A stretch of DNA of 21,682 bases from Thainema sp. (GTDB lineage Bacteria > Cyanobacteriota > Cyanobacteriia > Phormidesmidales > Phormidesmidaceae), in NCBI GenBank assembly GCA_052168235.1, contig JBQLZK010000092.1:1-21682 (forward strand), written 5' to 3'. Positions 17,522 to 21,682 of the stretch are shown piece after piece. The number at the start of each line of letters is the position of its first letter. Position 1 is the first letter of the stretch. The position numbers and the translations under genes were made by a program. Under the pieces are notes generated by a model. That model ran no database searches. It was not told the origin of the DNA and worked only from the letters and a program-made list of their open reading frames with translations.

Positions 17522-18232
17522 ATGGATGACATTCGCGTTGTTCTCGTTGAAGATCACGATTTGACCCGTGTAGGTATGCGGACTGCGTTACAGCAAAAAA
17601 ATGGCATCATCGTGACAGGTGAGGCTCCCGACGGACGGCGGGGACTCGACTTGCTGAGAACAGCTCGGCCAGATGTAGCGATTGTTGACATTGGCCTACC
17701 CGATATGGATGGTGTTGAGCTAACGCGACAGTTCAAGCAGTTGGCAGAAGAGCATGAAGAGATCAAAACTCGAATTTTAATCTTGACGCTGCAAGATAAT
17801 GACGAAATCGTGCTGGCAGCTTTTGCGGCTGGAGCAGATTCCTACTGCATGAAAGATGTCAGCTTGGAGCGTCTTGTAGAAGCGATCAAGATTACTAATC
17901 AAGGAAATAGCTGGATTGATCCCGGCATTGCCAAAGTGATCTTGAAGCAAACGAAGCAGGCTCAGCCGGAATCCGTAGATATCGGTACTGTAGCAATTGA
18001 CGCCGCTCAACCTGAGTATGCTCAGATGCTAGAAGCCTATCCGCTGACAGAGCGGGAGCTGGAAGTCCTGGAGCTAATCGTAGAGGGCTGTAGCAATGCT
18101 GCGATCGCAGAAAAGCTCTACATTACCGTTGGTACCGTTAAAACCCACGTTCGTAATATCCTCAACAAGCTCTGCGCCGATGACCGGACGCAAGCAGCTG
18201 TTCGAGCCTTACGTGCAGGTTTAGTTGGCTAA
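17522..18232 (+). CDS. NarL/LuxR-family response regulator transcription factor
   Basis: REC domain (LVEDH, VDIGLPDMDG, ILT, YCMK) plus LuxR HTH (LTERELEVL...SNAAIAEKLYITVGTVKTHVRNILNKL). Confidence 0.95.
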   Translation: MDDIRVVLVEDHDLTRVGMRTALQQKNGIIVTGEAPDGRRGLDLLRTARPDVAIVDIGLPDMDGVELTRQFKQLAEEHEEIKTRILILTLQDNDEIVLAAFAAGADSYCMKDVSLERLVEAIKITNQGNSWIDPGIAKVILKQTKQAQPESVDIGTVAIDAAQPEYAQMLEAYPLTERELEVLELIVEGCSNAAIAEKLYITVGTVKTHVRNILNKLCADDRTQAAVRALRAGLVG

Positions 18233-18250
18233 ATGTTAATTCAACAAAAT

Positions 18251-18298
18251 AAAGTGGGCATTCTTGAAGTTACGACGATAGAATGCTCACTTTTTTTT
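18251..18298 (+). terminator. Intrinsic terminator after the response regulator
   Basis: Stem AAAGTGGGCATTCT / AGAATGCTCACTTT (one G-U pair on the + strand), 15-nt loop, T8 run. Confidence 0.75.
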
Positions 18299-18588
18299 GG
18301 ATATTACTTTGGATATTGCATAGACATCGAATGATATTAGATTTGTTCAACCGACTTGAGTAGCTGCATTTGTATCCTCACAGCTTGCCGCCAAACCCAG
18401 AATAGACACTTTGTCATCTGGATAGGATAGCCAGTTTTTACTGTGGATTCAGCATTGCAGATGTAGCAAGTGAGGAGAACGTCTTAACATAGGTGGCGAA
18501 TGTCATAAAGTTTGGGGAGTTGTAACCGTCTCTCTGGCGAATGTCCCCCTTGATTCCAAGCCCCAACATCCCAGCAGAGGGAAAATGC

Positions 18589-20271
18589 ATGAGTAGAGAC
18601 TCTGACTGCAAGCTAAAGTTAATGGTTGTCGATGACGAACCGGATAACCTGGACTTGCTTTACCGCACGTTTCGCCGTAACTTCAAGGTCTACAAAGCGG
18701 ACAGTGGACCAAACGCACTGGCGACCCTAGAGCAAGAAGGAGAGATGGCGATTATCATCTCTGACCAGCGGATGCCTCGAATGAACGGCACCGAATTCCT
18801 CAGCCGCACAGTTGAAGCTTATCCCGACACCATTCGGATTGTGCTGACGGGCTACACGGATGTCGAAGATCTGGTGGAAGCCATTAACTCCGGCAAAGTT
18901 TTCAAATACATCACCAAACCCTGGAGTCCGGAAGAACTGAAAAACGTCGTTCATCAGGCCGGGGAAACGTATCGGGTCTTAAAGCAGCGCACCAATGAAC
19001 TGAACCGCGCCCTCAGGCGTGAATCTCTGTTCAATGCTGTGATCTCGGCAATTCGCGAATCGCTCGATTACCACAGCATGCTGCAAACTGTAGTGAATAC
19101 GCTGGGGCAAACGTTTGAAGCCGAACAGGCCATCCTCTTTCCCATTGATGCACCACGGTTAACAGATAAAGCCTTTTTCTATCCTGGCAGTACTACCGAG
19201 GATGTTCTACAGCAGACACGGTCTGAGCTGACGGAAACTTTAGCCACATTTCTCAGTCAGTCTGCTGATCAGTCAAAGCAAATTCACATTTTGGCACAGG
19301 ACAGCAGTGAGGCGAATGCAAAGCTAGCGGTCTTAATTGCCGATCAGCAGGAGTGGCTAGCGCTGCTCGATCTACAGCGACCGTCTGGTCAAGACTGGTC
19401 GGATGAAGATGTCAATCTCATTCGCGAAGTGGCCGAACAAGCAGCACTGGCGATTTCTCAGGCCAAGCTTTACCAAACTATTCAGATCCAAACGCAGCAG
19501 ATGCAGGCTGAACTGGAGGTAGCCCGCCAAATTCAGAGCAATTTACTGCATCAAAGCTGGCCCGAATTTGAGCAGATCAAGGTGCAAGCCTGCTGCCATC
19601 CGGCACGAGCCGTTGGCGGTGACTTTTTTGAGGTTTATCCCCATTCTCAGGAAGATATCTGGCTAGCGGTTGGTGATGTCTCTGGCAAGGGCGTTCCGGC
19701 AGCATTATTTATGGCGAGCGCACTATCGGTGCTGCGGCGAGAACTGTCTCAGGAGGTTTCACCGGAGCCGGATATAGTAATGCGCAACCTCAATCAAGGC
19801 CTGTCGAATGACCTGATTAGCAATAACTGCTTCATTACGATGGTGCTAGCTCGCTATCGACCTTCACAGCAGCAGCTGGTATATGCCAATGCAGGACACA
19901 TTTATCCCATGGTTTGGCCTCATCAGAAGCTGAAAGCGCAACCTCCAGCAGAGAGAAAGACAATTGAACCGACTTATTTGAAAGAAAGAGGGGTTCCTTT
20001 GGGCATTCTACCTGTATGGCAAGCGAAGTCTGGAACAATCTCGATGTCTCCTGGTGATGTTGTGTTGCTCACAAGTGATGGAATTACTGAAGCAACCGTT
20101 GATGGACATCAGAACCACTCCGCTTCTGGCATGTTGCAGCAAGAAGGGTTGTGGCAAATTATTCTCCAGCATCCGGATGCTTTGAATTTAGATAAACTCT
20201 TGTCCATCATTCAATCCAACACGTCCATGCAAGAAGATGATCAAACCATTTTGTCACTGGAGGTCCTGTAG
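18589..20271 (+). CDS. REC-GAF-PP2C (SpoIIE/RsbU-like) protein phosphatase
   Basis: REC (VVDDE, IISDQRMP, LTGYTD, ITKPW), a GAF-like middle region, and PP2C motifs VGGDFF, VGDVSGKG, SDGITE, EDDQT. Start ATG 18589 preferred (AGAGGG upstream); 18541 is possible. Confidence 0.92.
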   Translation: MSRDSDCKLKLMVVDDEPDNLDLLYRTFRRNFKVYKADSGPNALATLEQEGEMAIIISDQRMPRMNGTEFLSRTVEAYPDTIRIVLTGYTDVEDLVEAINSGKVFKYITKPWSPEELKNVVHQAGETYRVLKQRTNELNRALRRESLFNAVISAIRESLDYHSMLQTVVNTLGQTFEAEQAILFPIDAPRLTDKAFFYPGSTTEDVLQQTRSELTETLATFLSQSADQSKQIHILAQDSSEANAKLAVLIADQQEWLALLDLQRPSGQDWSDEDVNLIREVAEQAALAISQAKLYQTIQIQTQQMQAELEVARQIQSNLLHQSWPEFEQIKVQACCHPARAVGGDFFEVYPHSQEDIWLAVGDVSGKGVPAALFMASALSVLRRELSQEVSPEPDIVMRNLNQGLSNDLISNNCFITMVLARYRPSQQQLVYANAGHIYPMVWPHQKLKAQPPAERKTIEPTYLKERGVPLGILPVWQAKSGTISMSPGDVVLLTSDGITEATVDGHQNHSASGMLQQEGLWQIILQHPDALNLDKLLSIIQSNTSMQEDDQTILSLEVL

Positions 20272-20274
20272 TCC

Positions 20275-20697
20275 ATGAGAACTGAGCTCCACGTTCCAAG
20301 TGATTTGAAATTTCTTTCAATTGTTGAAAATTGGCTGCTAGGTTCGTTAGAAGCCGAACTAGGAGAACAGGTTGACTGGCCGAAGCAGTCGAATCGACTC
20401 CGACTCGTTTTGGTGGAAGCTTATTCCAACGTAGTGCGCCACGCCCATCGTGACCAGCCCAACTTGCCTGTATTAATGCGATTAGAGCTGCATGGACGGG
20501 ATCTGTCGCTGGAAATCTGGGATTACGGCGGCGGATTTGATATTTCAACCTACCTGCCACCTAGCCCCGAAGATCGGCAGGAAAATGGCTATGGCTGGCT
20601 GATTCTAAATCGGCTGATGGACAAAGTGGAGTATCGGTTACAGGTCAATGGTCAAAACTGCCTGAAGCTAGAAGCCAGTTTGGCCCAATCCGAATAG
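20275..20697 (+). CDS. RsbW/SpoIIAB-like anti-sigma regulatory factor (Ser/Thr kinase, HATPase_c_2)
   Basis: EAYSNVVRHA (N-box), EIWDYGGGFD (G1), ENGYGWLILNRLMDKV (G2); starts 3 bp after the phosphatase stop. Confidence 0.9.
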   Translation: MRTELHVPSDLKFLSIVENWLLGSLEAELGEQVDWPKQSNRLRLVLVEAYSNVVRHAHRDQPNLPVLMRLELHGRDLSLEIWDYGGGFDISTYLPPSPEDRQENGYGWLILNRLMDKVEYRLQVNGQNCLKLEASLAQSE

Positions 20698-20775
20698 TAT
20701 ATTCATCATGGCTGGTTGTCATGCTGAAATTAGTTGAAATGTTGAAATAAGCGGTTTTAACCGTATATTGAGGTC

Positions 20776-21360
20776 ATGGGACGCGATGCAAAATTAAGGA
20801 GACAGCGGCGGGAACAGCGACACGACCAGCCCACTGGCGATTTAGATCAAGCCAATGCGCCTACGACAGAGCGCTCCCCATTTCAGAATTTGGAAGAGTT
20901 CAACCAGGTAAAAGTGCCTGCGATCGCACCTGCCACTTCAGCTTCTGAATCCTCCTCGCCATCTTGGCTGGAACGTTTATTACCCTTTAAGCGTGCAGCT
21001 AACAGTACGCTTTATCAGTCTGGTCAGGAAATAGGCGAATTTTTTGACACCTATCAAACAACCTTAGGTGGGATCGCATGGCATGGTTACAAAACTCAGG
21101 GGCGCGGCTTTGTGTTGGCAACTCCGACCCAGCACGATACAGTACAACTGCGCTATGTGAGTCGTAAGACGCTCAAGCAATTTATCCAGCCAGAAAAACG
21201 GGCCATCTGTCGCCAAACGATGGAAAGCTACGATCCGCAGGCTGAGGTGATTCTTGTGCTTTTTGCGTCTACGGGTGATATGATGCTGCATTCGCCTGAG
21301 GCAACCGAGCCGTCACCTCAGGTATGCTACCAGCAGTGGCGAGAGCAAGAGGCAGACTGA
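20776..21360 (+). CDS. Hypothetical protein (194 aa)
   Basis: GAGG upstream of the ATG; basic N-terminus MGRDAKLRRQRR; globular-looking C-terminal part (AWHGYKTQGRGFV...YDPQAEVILV); in-frame HIP1; downstream terminator. Confidence 0.75.
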   Translation: MGRDAKLRRQRREQRHDQPTGDLDQANAPTTERSPFQNLEEFNQVKVPAIAPATSASESSSPSWLERLLPFKRAANSTLYQSGQEIGEFFDTYQTTLGGIAWHGYKTQGRGFVLATPTQHDTVQLRYVSRKTLKQFIQPEKRAICRQTMESYDPQAEVILVLFASTGDMMLHSPEATEPSPQVCYQQWREQEAD

Positions 21361-21452
21361 TTCCAGCGCTACTTTTTTAGCCATTTTTCTGCAAGTTGTC
21401 GGAAACTTCAGCTTCCGAATTGAAGTCTTAATTGAAGAGAACCCTAATGTTT

Positions 21453-21482
21453 AACCTCAATTCACTTGGATTGAGGTTTTTT
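21453..21482 (+). terminator. Intrinsic terminator
   Basis: AACCTCAATTC-ACTT-GGATTGAGGTT followed by further Ts. Confidence 0.7.
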
Positions 21483-21504
21483 GCTTAAGTAGATTATAAA
21501 TTCT

Positions 21505-21540
21505 CCTCACCTCCGGCCCCTCTCCCGGCGGGAGAGGGGA
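21505..21540. repeat. Short dispersed palindromic repeat (CCCCTCTCCC...GGGAGAGGGG type)
   Basis: CCTCACCTCCGG-CCCCTCTCCC-GGC-GGGAGAGGGG-A; a repeat type common in filamentous cyanobacteria. Confidence 0.75.
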
Positions 21541-21682
21541 GCAAAAAACAAGCTATCAAGCAGCAGGTTCGTCAACGTAGTACAGCAAATAACCGTGCTT
21601 GCTCAGACCTTGCCAGGTGCGATCGCCAACGGGAGCACGTCATCCGCTGAGGAGATGAAAATATAATGGAGTGAGTGCCCTT

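Larger units (their letters stand above)
1927..21626. repeat. HIP1 octamer GCGATCGC dispersed across the window
   Basis: Counted by eye at 1927, 2647, 2979, 3472, 4840, 5958, 6626, 9185, 10202, 10976, 11110, 12201, 12650, 13388, 13819, 14316, 14896, 15709, 15931, 16433, 18101, 20920 and 21619. Confidence 0.9.

Noticed and set aside
928..21291. Numerous 60-210 aa ORFs overlapping or antisense to the assigned genes (e.g. 937-1428, 6730-7197, 7942-8406, 14472-14951, 14976-15611)
   Set aside because: Shadow frames of well-supported genes with no independent motifs.
21603..21682. Possible 3' end of a minus-strand gene entering from the right edge (...SLHYIFISSADDVLPLAIAPGKV*)
   Set aside because: Only 25 codons are visible and another frame is also open, so frame and product cannot be assigned.

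Overview
Cyanobacterial chromosomal window; I counted 23 HIP1 octamers (GCGATCGC), about one per kb. The left part holds an AT-rich EcsC-like gene, cysQ, a gene remnant abutting a MITE-like element, a D-Ala-D-Ala dipeptidase and a HAD phosphatase. The centre holds the Fe-S assembly locus ftrC-sufB-sufC-sufD-sufS (minus strand), divergent from sufR, with two SufR-type operators 26 bp apart. It is followed by GTAG-type REP elements, ispD and purK. The right part is a signalling block: a 1150-aa PAS/GAF histidine kinase divergent across a 1.1 kb repeat-rich spacer from a NarL/LuxR regulator, then a REC-GAF-PP2C (RsbU-like) phosphatase, an RsbW-like kinase and a hypothetical protein. Most genes belong to known families, and I see no clearly new multi-gene system. 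The least explained signals are three sequence-unrelated perfect intergenic palindromes (21-32 bp arms), a candidate IsaR1 pairing site and hairpin in the ftrC-sufB spacer, helically phased repeats before sufC, and the two-component plus partner-switch block.
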